A DNA stretch of 64,000 bases, taken from positions 6,231 to 70,230 of the forward strand of contig JAGOZU010000002.1 of assembly GCA_018058545.1 (NCBI GenBank). The letters are read 5' to 3'. The number at the start of each line of letters is the position of its first letter. Position 1 is the first letter of the stretch. This document shows, piece after piece, positions 18,821-27,747 of the stretch. The DNA is from Promineifilum sp. GTDB lineage: Bacteria; Chloroflexota; Anaerolineae; Promineifilales; Promineifilaceae. Both the position numbers and the translations under genes were made by a program. Under the pieces are notes generated by a model that worked only from the letters and a program-made list of their open reading frames with translations, did no database searches and was not told where the DNA came from.

Positions 18821-20047
18821 ATGAAAATTCTAATGGTTAACAGCTTTAACTATATGCGGGGAGGCGCCGAACGTTGTTTCTTCGACCTATCTGACTTACT
18901 TCGCAGTCATGGCCATGAGGTTATCCCTTTTTGCATGGACCATCCGCAGAATCTCCCCTCGGAATTCAGCGATGATTTTGTAAGCTATATTGACTTTCCA
19001 ACCGAGATGGGAAAGCCCGGCATCAGCTCCAAAGTACGCGTGTTGGAGCGGGTGCTCTATTCCCGAGAAGCGAAGCGAAAGGTTGAGGCGCTGATCGATA
19101 GGGTGAAGCCCGACCTGATACATATCCACGGCTTTATCCACGAGATGTCGACCTCGATCCTGCCGGCGATGAAGTCGGCCGGGTTGCCGGTGGTTCAGAC
19201 TTTGCACGATTATAAAATCGTCTGCCCGAATACATCTTTTGTGTCACACGGCCATATTTGTGAGGCCTGCAAAGGGGGCAAGTATTACAACATGACCCGC
19301 TATCGCTGCAAGCGTGGGTCGCTTAGCGCCAGTCTGCTGGCATCTGTGGAGATGTATTTCCACGAAGCCTTTCGCCTGTACGAGCCCAATGTTGATCTGT
19401 TCATCGCGCCCAGCCAGTTCTTAGCCGACAAAGTCGTTGAGCATGGTGTTCGCAAGCCGCTCACCGTCATCCCAAACTTCATTCGTCCGGACAGTTTTCA
19501 ACCCGCCTATGAAGCGGATAACTACTTTGTCTTTGCCGGACGCCTTGTACGCATGAAGGGGGTTCTCACCCTGTTGGAGGCGGTGCGTCGGGTGAAAACC
19601 GATGCCGAGCTGGTCATCGCCGGCGCGGGTGAACTGGAACCTGAATTGCATCAGTTTGTGGAAGATAACCATCTGACAAATGTGAGGTTTGCAGGGCATC
19701 TGAATACGGCCGACCTGGCTAAACTTGTCCAGCGAGCCATCTTCACCGTGATAGCGTCGGAAGGGTATGAGAATTATCCGATGACCGTCATCGAATCCTT
19801 TGCCTGCGGCACGCCGGTAATTGGTTCCAGGATCGGCGGCATTCCCGAACAGATCATCCACGGCGAAAACGGCCTCCTGTTCGAGCCGGGTGACGCCGCC
19901 GGTCTGGCGGAGCAGATGCAACGGTTGCTGGATAATCGCGCCGAGGCGCTGGAGATGGGCCGCGCCGGACGCAAACAAACGCAGGAACTTAATGGTCCTG
20001 TAGCCCATTATGAGCAGACTATCGCAGCTTACCAATCGGTCCTTTGA
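18821..20047 (+). CDS. Glycosyltransferase family 4
   Basis: MKILMVN..GGAE, TLHDYKIVCP, YENYPMTVIESFACGTPVIGSRIGGIPE. Confidence 0.92.
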   Translation: MKILMVNSFNYMRGGAERCFFDLSDLLRSHGHEVIPFCMDHPQNLPSEFSDDFVSYIDFPTEMGKPGISSKVRVLERVLYSREAKRKVEALIDRVKPDLIHIHGFIHEMSTSILPAMKSAGLPVVQTLHDYKIVCPNTSFVSHGHICEACKGGKYYNMTRYRCKRGSLSASLLASVEMYFHEAFRLYEPNVDLFIAPSQFLADKVVEHGVRKPLTVIPNFIRPDSFQPAYEADNYFVFAGRLVRMKGVLTLLEAVRRVKTDAELVIAGAGELEPELHQFVEDNHLTNVRFAGHLNTADLAKLVQRAIFTVIASEGYENYPMTVIESFACGTPVIGSRIGGIPEQIIHGENGLLFEPGDAAGLAEQMQRLLDNRAEALEMGRAGRKQTQELNGPVAHYEQTIAAYQSVL

Positions 20048-20288
20048 GGTGCCATCATCCGCACGTAAGAGGCGTTGTAAGCCAATCTGTATACTCTTGA
20101 GACGTAAGAGACAGGGTGTCTCAAGATAGATATGCGTTATCATATTGGGAGATTGGTGGCATTAAGCCAAACAGGGCAAGTATTCGAAATGGGTCAAGCG
20201 TTGCATCGCCTTGACCTAACATGTCTGGCTTGCTCCAGGGATAAGGCATTGAGCGTTTAACGAAGGACCACACCGGAATTATTGTCGT

Positions 20289-21311
20289 ATGAAAATGTTA
20301 CACATGACCAAAGAGCGCAAGGGGAAGTTCCATCCCGAACACATCAGAAATGTGGTGCGTCGCCGCTATTACCTGGACCTGTCGTCGGACTATCGGGACT
20401 CGCTGGTCCTTGCCGGAACAGGACGCAGCGGCACCACCTGGATATCCGAGGTTATTAACTATCGTAACGAATATCGGCTGATGGATGAGCCTGACCGTAA
20501 TGTTCGAATCGAAGCCTTCGCGCATTTCAACGCGATCCAGTACATCCGCCCCGATGACGATAACCCCGCCTGGATTGAGCCGGTGGGTCTGTCGCTATCC
20601 GGTCGATTGCGAAACGATTGGTCCGACCGCTTTAACACGCGCATCATATCCAATAAGCGACTGATCAAGTTCATTCGCGCCAGCTTGTATCTCAAGTGGA
20701 TGGTAAACCACTTTCCAGGCCTAAAAGTGGCCTTCCTGATGCGCCACCCATGCGCTGTTTGTCTCTCCCAGTCACGGCTCGAATGGGAAATAGACCTGAG
20801 CGATATTTTACTTGTCCAGCCGCAACTTATGGAAGATTTCCTGGAGCCGTTCCGCACCCAGATTGCTGCGGCCGATACGCTGTTCGAGAAGCGACTGTGG
20901 ATGTGGTGCGTCGATAATTATGTCGCGCTTTCTCAATTGGAAACCGGAGACGTACATCTGGCATTCTATGAATCATTCTGCGAGGAGCCGGAGCAAGAGA
21001 TCGAGCGCTTGTTCAACTTCTATGACAAGCAATGGGATATCTCGGTCTATGAGGCCATGCGGAAGCCATCGAATTCAAGCAAGCCCGACAGCGCCATCGT
21101 CACAGGTAAGAACCGTGTCGACAGCTGGATGAAGCATATCACCGATGAACAGCGTGAACTGGCTCGACGTATGTTGCATCAGTTTGGCCTGGATACCATT
21201 TACTCGGTTGATTCACCTTTGCCTGATACTGACGCTGCTTGGGAAATGTTGGCGCGCCCGGCGCAACCTGTCGCCTTCCAACCGCCCGCCCGCCAGCACT
21301 CTGGCTCGTGA
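20289..21311 (+). CDS. Sulfotransferase (Sulfotransfer_1/3-like)
   Basis: 5'-PSB loop LAGTGRSGTTW, 3'-PB MRHPCAVCLS, YESFCEEPEQEIERLFNF, and a terminal WMKH..DEQ pattern. Confidence 0.85.
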   Translation: MKMLHMTKERKGKFHPEHIRNVVRRRYYLDLSSDYRDSLVLAGTGRSGTTWISEVINYRNEYRLMDEPDRNVRIEAFAHFNAIQYIRPDDDNPAWIEPVGLSLSGRLRNDWSDRFNTRIISNKRLIKFIRASLYLKWMVNHFPGLKVAFLMRHPCAVCLSQSRLEWEIDLSDILLVQPQLMEDFLEPFRTQIAAADTLFEKRLWMWCVDNYVALSQLETGDVHLAFYESFCEEPEQEIERLFNFYDKQWDISVYEAMRKPSNSSKPDSAIVTGKNRVDSWMKHITDEQRELARRMLHQFGLDTIYSVDSPLPDTDAAWEMLARPAQPVAFQPPARQHSGS

Positions 21312-21347
21312 GCGAATTCTGAAACCTTTATGAGGAGTTGACGCCGT

Positions 21348-22118
21348 ATGAAAGTAGGGATTCTTGCCGGCGGCCACGGCACACGGCTGGCCGAAGAAAC
21401 GGAGATTAAACCCAAGCCTATGGTGGAGATCGGCGGCCGTCCGATTCTCTGGCATATCATGATGCATTATGCCCATTACGGCCATGAAAATTTTGTCGTG
21501 GCTCTGGGCTATAAGGGCGAGGTCATCAAGCGCTACATGGTCGACTACTGTTCACTGAACAGCAATTTGACGGTGAGCCTTAAGGACGGCCGTGTCGAGC
21601 AGCACGGCAACAACGGCATCCAGGATTGGACGGTTGAGCTGATCGACACCGGTCTGAACACCATGACCGGCGGCCGCATCAAGCGTCTGCAACCCTATAT
21701 GGGCGATTCGACGTTTATGCTTACCTGGGGCGACGGCGTCTCGACGGTCGATCTGGATCGCCTTCTGGCTTTCCATCGCCATCACGGCCGTTTGCTCACC
21801 ATGACCGCCGTGCGACCGCCCGCCCGCTATGGGCACATGGAGTTCGACGGCGACCGCATCCGCGAGTTCACCGAGAAGCCACAAACGGCCGAGGGATGGA
21901 TCAATGGCGCGTTCTTCGTCGTCGAGCCGCAGGTGTTTGACTATATCGACGGCGACGATACCCAATTTGAGAAGGAACCTCTGGAACGTCTGGCGGCCGA
22001 CGGCGAATTGATGGCCTACAAACATGAAGGGTTCTGGCAATGTATGGACACCCGGCGCGACAAGTATGTGCTGGAAAAATTGTGGGACAGCGGGCAAGCC
22101 CCCTGGAAGATTTGGTAG
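21348..22118 (+). CDS. rfbF: Glucose-1-phosphate cytidylyltransferase
   Basis: ILAGGHGTRLAEETEIKPKPMVEIG, TMTGGRIKR, FTEKP, GFWQCMDTRRD. Confidence 0.92.
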   Translation: MKVGILAGGHGTRLAEETEIKPKPMVEIGGRPILWHIMMHYAHYGHENFVVALGYKGEVIKRYMVDYCSLNSNLTVSLKDGRVEQHGNNGIQDWTVELIDTGLNTMTGGRIKRLQPYMGDSTFMLTWGDGVSTVDLDRLLAFHRHHGRLLTMTAVRPPARYGHMEFDGDRIREFTEKPQTAEGWINGAFFVVEPQVFDYIDGDDTQFEKEPLERLAADGELMAYKHEGFWQCMDTRRDKYVLEKLWDSGQAPWKIW

Positions 22119-22135
22119 GAGCTAAGTGAACTAAA

Positions 22136-23176
22136 ATGCGTGTATTAGTGACTGGTCATAACGGTTACGTGGGCACGGTTCTGGTGCCTATGCTTTTGGA
22201 AGCGGGTCATGATGTCGTTGGTCTGGACACGAATCTGTTCCAGGAGGCGACGTTCGGCGATGATGTCACCGCCGCTATTCCGGCCATCAACAAGGATGTG
22301 CGCGATGTGACTCACGCGGATGTCGACGGCTTCGACGCCATCCTCCATCTGGCCGGCCTCTCCAACGATCCGTTGGGAGACCTGAACCCCGAGTTGACGT
22401 ATGAGATCAACCATCGGGCTTCGGTTCGACTGGCGGAGATCGCCAAGGAGTTGGGCGTCGAGCGGTATATCTTCTCGTCTTCGTGCAGCAACTACGGCGC
22501 AGGGGTGGATGATTGGCTCAATGAGGAGTCGGCATTCAATCCGGTGACGCCTTACGGCCGTTCCAAGGTCATGGTCGAGCAAGATGTCGCCAAGCTGGCC
22601 GACGATAATTTCAGCCCAACCTTCCTGCGCAGCTCGACCGCCTATGGCGTATCGCCCCGGTTGCGTTTCGACCTGGTGATCAACAACCTGACCGCCTGGG
22701 CCTACACTACCGGACTGGTTTACCTGAAAAGCGACGGCACGCCCTGGCGGCCGGTGGTCCACATCGAGGACATGGCCTTGGCCTTCGTGGCCGCACTCCA
22801 TGCGCCGCGCGAGTTGATCCATAACGAGGCGTTCAACGTCGGCCGCCCGGAAGAGAACTATCGCATCCGCGAGTTGGCCGAGATCGTCGCCGAGGTCGTT
22901 CCCGGCAGCCGTGTCGAGTTCGCCGAGGGCGCCAGCGCCGACAAGCGCAACTATCGCGTCGACAGCAGCAAGATCGCCCGCACCCTGCCTGAATTCAAGC
23001 CCAAGTGGACGGCGCGCAAGGGCGCCCAGGAACTCTACGAGGCTTATCAGAAGATCGGCCTCCAGGTTGAGGAGTTCGAAGGACCTCGCTACCGTCGCAT
23101 CGACCACATCAAGATGCTTATTAATGAAGGGCGTCTTGATGAGCGGTTGCGCTGGCGCACCGCCGTGCCTGTCTGA
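22136..23176 (+). CDS. Extended SDR nucleotide-sugar dehydratase/epimerase/reductase
   Basis: TGHNGYVG, HLAGLSNDPLG, SSCSNYG, YGRSK, RFDLVIN. Confidence 0.85.
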   Translation: MRVLVTGHNGYVGTVLVPMLLEAGHDVVGLDTNLFQEATFGDDVTAAIPAINKDVRDVTHADVDGFDAILHLAGLSNDPLGDLNPELTYEINHRASVRLAEIAKELGVERYIFSSSCSNYGAGVDDWLNEESAFNPVTPYGRSKVMVEQDVAKLADDNFSPTFLRSSTAYGVSPRLRFDLVINNLTAWAYTTGLVYLKSDGTPWRPVVHIEDMALAFVAALHAPRELIHNEAFNVGRPEENYRIRELAEIVAEVVPGSRVEFAEGASADKRNYRVDSSKIARTLPEFKPKWTARKGAQELYEAYQKIGLQVEEFEGPRYRRIDHIKMLINEGRLDERLRWRTAVPV

Positions 23177-23260
23177 CAGCCGGTGGGGTCAAGAATTCCG
23201 GCTCGTTCCGCGCAAGCGCTCACCGATGGCCGGGGCAGGTTATCATCCCGCCCCGGCAAC

Positions 23261-24508
23261 ATGAAGAAAATTATGTCAATCTATAAAAATGAAACCACGG
23301 ACCGCATCTCCGGTTCTTCCAACCTGGAGACGATCATCGCTTTCGGCGAGACGCCACTGGCCGATCGGTTGCTTCGGGCCGATCAGCTTGACGAGCCGGA
23401 CTTGATGGCGCCGTTGACGCTGGTCTTCTGCCCCGACACATCGCTGGCCCAGATCCGCGAGACGGTCAATCCCGAGATTCTGTTTTACGCAGAATATCCC
23501 TATTTCTCATCCGTTTCGCCGTCGCTCCTGAAGCATTTCCGTGAGAGCGCCGAATACATCATGGACACGCGGCCGCTTGGCCCCGATAGCCTGGTAATGG
23601 AAGCGGCCAGCAACGACGGTTACATGCTGAAGAACTTCGCCGAACGAGGCATCCCCGTGCTGGGTATCGATCCGTCGGTCGCCCCGGCCACGGCGGCCCA
23701 GGAAGCCGGCATCCCCACGATGATCACCTTCTTCACCCGCGACCTGGCCCGGCAATTGGTGGATGAGGGCAAGGCGGCCGATGTCTTCCTGGCCAATAAT
23801 GTTTTGGCCCATGTGCCCGATCTCAACGGTTTTGTGGCCGGCATCAAGACCGTGCTGAAGCCGGCAGGGGTGGCCGTCATCGAGTGCCCCTACGTCGTCG
23901 ACCTGGTTGACCATGTGGAGTTTGACACCATCTATCATCAGCACCTCTGCTATTATTCGGTGACGGCGCTGGACAAGCTGTTTCGTCGGCATGGTCTGTA
24001 TCTGAACGACGTCAAGCGGACGAAGATCCATGGCGGGTCGCTGCGGCTGTTTGTCGAGCCGCAGGAGAACGTCAGCCCGGTTGTGCGGGAGCTTCTGGCT
24101 ACCGAGCGCGAGCGCAAGGTGGATCGCATCGACTATTACCTTGATTTCGCCGATCGAATACAGAATGTCAAGGACAACCTGCTGGCTATCCTGCGCGATC
24201 TGAAGGCGCAAGGCTGCCGAATCGCCGCCTATGGCGCTGCGGCCAAGGCCACGACGATGCTGGCCTATTGCGAGATCGATTCGTCGCTGGTCGACTATGT
24301 CGTCGATCTGAACAAATACAAGCACGGCCGCTACATGGGTGGCAACCACCTGCCAATCTATCCGGTCGAAAAACTCCTGGAGGATCAGCCAGACTATGTC
24401 CTGATCCTGGCCTGGAACTTCGCCGAAGAGATCATGCGCCAGCAGTCTGCCTATCGCGAGGCTGGGGGCAAGTTCATCATCCCCATCCCTGAACCGCATA
24501 TCGTTTGA
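23261..24508 (+). CDS. NDP-hexose 3-C-methyltransferase-like (class I SAM, C-methyltransferase C-terminal domain)
   Basis: [56 protein letters not shown]. Confidence 0.88.
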   Translation: MKKIMSIYKNETTDRISGSSNLETIIAFGETPLADRLLRADQLDEPDLMAPLTLVFCPDTSLAQIRETVNPEILFYAEYPYFSSVSPSLLKHFRESAEYIMDTRPLGPDSLVMEAASNDGYMLKNFAERGIPVLGIDPSVAPATAAQEAGIPTMITFFTRDLARQLVDEGKAADVFLANNVLAHVPDLNGFVAGIKTVLKPAGVAVIECPYVVDLVDHVEFDTIYHQHLCYYSVTALDKLFRRHGLYLNDVKRTKIHGGSLRLFVEPQENVSPVVRELLATERERKVDRIDYYLDFADRIQNVKDNLLAILRDLKAQGCRIAAYGAAAKATTMLAYCEIDSSLVDYVVDLNKYKHGRYMGGNHLPIYPVEKLLEDQPDYVLILAWNFAEEIMRQQSAYREAGGKFIIPIPEPHIV

Positions 24509-24523
24509 AATGAGTGTTGGAAC

Positions 24524-25501
24524 GTGACATCGACTACACAGCAAGCTGGAACATCGAACAACGAGGGGCGCACTTTGCATAAATGGCTCCGTAAATTGAG
24601 GGCAATCGGCAAGCAGTTTGTCCTCACTGTTATCGGCGAAGATCGTTTCCTGCGGCGACGCGCTGCACGACAGATTGCGAGCGGTAAGCCGTTGTTACTC
24701 GTACATACGATGGGTAAGGTGGGGTCAACCTCCATTGCCGCCTCGCTGAAAGCCAGCGATCTGCGACGGACGATGACGATTTACCAGCCTCACTTCCTCA
24801 GTGATGAGGGCATCGCCTTTGCCGAAGCGCTGGCCATCAGTAACGCCGGCAGTTGGGACAATCTGACCCAAAAAGGTCGAGCGGGGTATCTGCGCAACCG
24901 CTTGCTAAATGATGAGTTGCTCCGGTTGCGGGCGGCAGGCGGTCGAGTCAAGATCATTACTGTCGTACGCGACCCGCTGGCGACCAATGTCTCCGGCTTC
25001 TTCCATAACTCTCGCTGGTGGCCGGCCGAGCTAAACGCTCGTTGCCAATCGGCCACACCGGACTGCCTGGCTGCCCTGGAACGCTATTTTCTGGATCACT
25101 ATACCCATGATGTACCCAATACATGGTTTGATATGGAAGTGAAGGCGCTCTACGGCATTGACGTGTTCGCTGAGCCGTTTGATATCGCTCGTGGGTATAC
25201 TATCTACCGTAATGACTTCGCTGATGTTCTGGTCATGAAGCTGGAGCGGATGAACGAGTGTGTCGCCGACGCTATGCATGACTTCCTTGGCCTGAAGAAC
25301 TTCCAATTGATGGAGAGCAACACGGCCGATGATAAAGGATACGCCGATGTCTATGTTGCTTTCCGCAAGCGAGTGGCGCTGCCGGAATCCTATCTTGACC
25401 GCATGTACACCTCACGCATTGCCCGCCAATTTTACTCGCCGGAAGAGATCGCTGCCTTTCGTCAAAAATGGTCAGTGGCTCGCGTTCCGGAGGTTAAGTA
25501 A
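24524..25501 (+). CDS. Sulfotransferase-like capsular polysaccharide synthesis protein
   Basis: HTMGKVGSTSI (PAPS-loop-like), IITVVRDPLATNVSGFF, WFDME...GIDVF. Confidence 0.72.
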   Translation: MTSTTQQAGTSNNEGRTLHKWLRKLRAIGKQFVLTVIGEDRFLRRRAARQIASGKPLLLVHTMGKVGSTSIAASLKASDLRRTMTIYQPHFLSDEGIAFAEALAISNAGSWDNLTQKGRAGYLRNRLLNDELLRLRAAGGRVKIITVVRDPLATNVSGFFHNSRWWPAELNARCQSATPDCLAALERYFLDHYTHDVPNTWFDMEVKALYGIDVFAEPFDIARGYTIYRNDFADVLVMKLERMNECVADAMHDFLGLKNFQLMESNTADDKGYADVYVAFRKRVALPESYLDRMYTSRIARQFYSPEEIAAFRQKWSVARVPEVK

Positions 25502-25507
25502 GCCCAA

Positions 25508-26338
25508 ATGCCTCGATCGTCGCTGCGGCAAAGCGTCACGCGCGTCACGATGCGCACCTACCATACGTTGCGACATCAAGCTCAGGATAGTGGGCTGCTC
25601 CCGGCTTCGACTGATTACACCCGCTTTCTGTGTGTCGGCAATCCACGCACCGGCTCCACCTTACTCATGCGCTCGCTCAACAACCACAGCCGCATTGTTG
25701 GCTATGGCGAGATCGTCAAGGATATTGACCGCTACCCCGGTCATTACCACGAGTTTGGCAATGGTGAGACAATCTTCCAGCGCGATCCGGCGGCTTTTCT
25801 GGAGACCAGAGTATTTTGTAAGTATCCGCCAATCGTTGATGCAGTGGGCTTTAAAATATTCTATCATCATGCGCCACGCGACACGGCCTGGGGACAGGCC
25901 GTATGGGATTATGTGCTGGGTCAACCCAATCTGAAAATTCTGCATCTCAAGCGCCACAACCTGCTTAAAGTATTTTTGTCCAGGAAGCAGGCTCGCCGTT
26001 CGGGAGAGTATATAAAATACTCCAATGACGTTGATGACGCGATGGAGCTTGACCCAGACGAAGCCAGGGAATTTTTTGAATACATGCGAGCGAGTGAGGC
26101 GGAGTATGATGTCCTACTGAGCGGACGGCCGCTGATGGAGGTCATTTACGAGGAGCTATCTCGTGATTATGACGGCATCATGCGCGACATCCAGTCATTC
26201 CTGGGGGTCAACTATGAAGATGTGAAGCACGGCACTGAGAAGCGTCACAAACGCTCGCTGGCTTCCCAGATCAAGAACTACGCTGAGTTAAAAGATCGCT
26301 TTCTTGGCTCACCCTGGGAATCGTTCTTCACTGAATGA
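25508..26338 (+). CDS. Stf0/NodH-like sulfotransferase
   Basis: VGNPRTGSTLLMRSLNNH...GE, GFKIFYHH, ILHLKRHNLL..FLS, YEELS. Confidence 0.82.
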   Translation: MPRSSLRQSVTRVTMRTYHTLRHQAQDSGLLPASTDYTRFLCVGNPRTGSTLLMRSLNNHSRIVGYGEIVKDIDRYPGHYHEFGNGETIFQRDPAAFLETRVFCKYPPIVDAVGFKIFYHHAPRDTAWGQAVWDYVLGQPNLKILHLKRHNLLKVFLSRKQARRSGEYIKYSNDVDDAMELDPDEAREFFEYMRASEAEYDVLLSGRPLMEVIYEELSRDYDGIMRDIQSFLGVNYEDVKHGTEKRHKRSLASQIKNYAELKDRFLGSPWESFFTE

Positions 26339-26387
26339 ATTGGCGCGGTCCAGTGAACCGTCCGGCCATCGATCGCAAATAACAACC

Positions 26388-27698
26388 ATGAAACGATCTG
26401 CCCTTCTCCTGACCATGCTGCTCCTGGCGACCATCCTGCCCGCGCGGCTGTGGGCCGAACCGGCCACATCTCTCGCCAACATCCCGCCTTCCGCCTTTTT
26501 CCCCATCTACGAGACCGGCGCAGGTTGGGACGCGAAAGAGTACACGACGGCCATCGCCTTTGGCGACGTGGACGGCGACGGCCGCGACGAGGCGGTGATC
26601 GGCCGCCACGGGGCGACCGGTCCGCGCCTGTTAATGATCGATGACGCCGCGGCCGGGTATGCCTTGCTATGGACTTTCGGGGAAGGGTGGGGTGTGGCCG
26701 CCTGGCCAACAGCCGTGGCTTTCGGTGACCTGGACGGCGACGGCCGCGACGAGCTGGCTGTGGCCCGATTCACGGGTTATAACGAGCGCGTCCTGGTCTT
26801 CGATGACGCGACGGCCGGCTTCGCTCTTCTGGCTCAGTTCGGCAAGGAATGGTCTTCGGCGGTTCACGCCACCGACATCGCCCTGGGGGATATCGACGGC
26901 GACGGGCGCGACGAGCTTGGTATCGCCACCAATGCCACCGAGGGGCCGCGCATCTTCATCCATGAGGATGCCGAAGTCGAATTTGCACCGCTGTGGAGCA
27001 CCGGCGAGACCTGGGGCGCGGCGGCGATGGCCACGGCGATAGCTTTCGGCGATGCCGACGGCGACGGCGTGGATGAGATCGCCATTGGCCGCAACCACGA
27101 TGCCCACGCGCGCTATTTCGTCCATAACGGCGCGCCGGATTTCGGGCTGCTGCTGCAGGCGGGCGAGACCTGGGGGCCAGGTCCCTACACCACTGATGTC
27201 GCATTCGGCAATGTGGACGACGACCCGGCCGAGGAGCTGGGCGTGACCCGCAAAGCCAGCCTCAATGCGCGCGCTTTTATCTACGATGACGCCGCCGCCG
27301 GATTTGCCCTCCTGACGCAGTTTGGACAGACATGGGCTTTCAACGCCTACGCGACGAGCATCGCCTTTGGTGATGTGGACGGTGACGGCCGCGACGAGAT
27401 CGGGCTGGCGCGGGTGGCCACGATCAACGAGCGGTTCGCCGTGTTTGACGACGCCATGCCCGGCGGCAGATTGCAACCATTCGATGAGCTATGGGGCGGC
27501 GGCGACGAGTGGCCGGGAGAACATTATGCGACGTCGATCGCCTTTGGGCATGTCGATCCGGCCACCCCGGAGGCGGAACTGGGCGTGGGTCGCTTCGCGG
27601 ATAGTGAGGCGCGCTATTTCATCCTGTCGCGCGGCTGGACGGGATGGGCGCCATTTGTGGGTGGGTCGACCATGGCGGAAGGGCCGTTGAACCCTTAA
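26388..27698 (+). CDS. Secreted FG-GAP/VCBS repeat beta-propeller protein
   Basis: Signal peptide MKRSALLL...LWA. Seven repeats of roughly 57 aa with T(A/S/D)(I/V)A(F/L)GD.DGDG.DE Ca-binding loops. Confidence 0.85.
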   Translation: MKRSALLLTMLLLATILPARLWAEPATSLANIPPSAFFPIYETGAGWDAKEYTTAIAFGDVDGDGRDEAVIGRHGATGPRLLMIDDAAAGYALLWTFGEGWGVAAWPTAVAFGDLDGDGRDELAVARFTGYNERVLVFDDATAGFALLAQFGKEWSSAVHATDIALGDIDGDGRDELGIATNATEGPRIFIHEDAEVEFAPLWSTGETWGAAAMATAIAFGDADGDGVDEIAIGRNHDAHARYFVHNGAPDFGLLLQAGETWGPGPYTTDVAFGNVDDDPAEELGVTRKASLNARAFIYDDAAAGFALLTQFGQTWAFNAYATSIAFGDVDGDGRDEIGLARVATINERFAVFDDAMPGGRLQPFDELWGGGDEWPGEHYATSIAFGHVDPATPEAELGVGRFADSEARYFILSRGWTGWAPFVGGSTMAEGPLNP

Positions 27699-27747
27699 AT
27701 CGGCCGCCGGCTTGTCCGGCCCATATTTGTCGCGAGGTATCCGGCAT

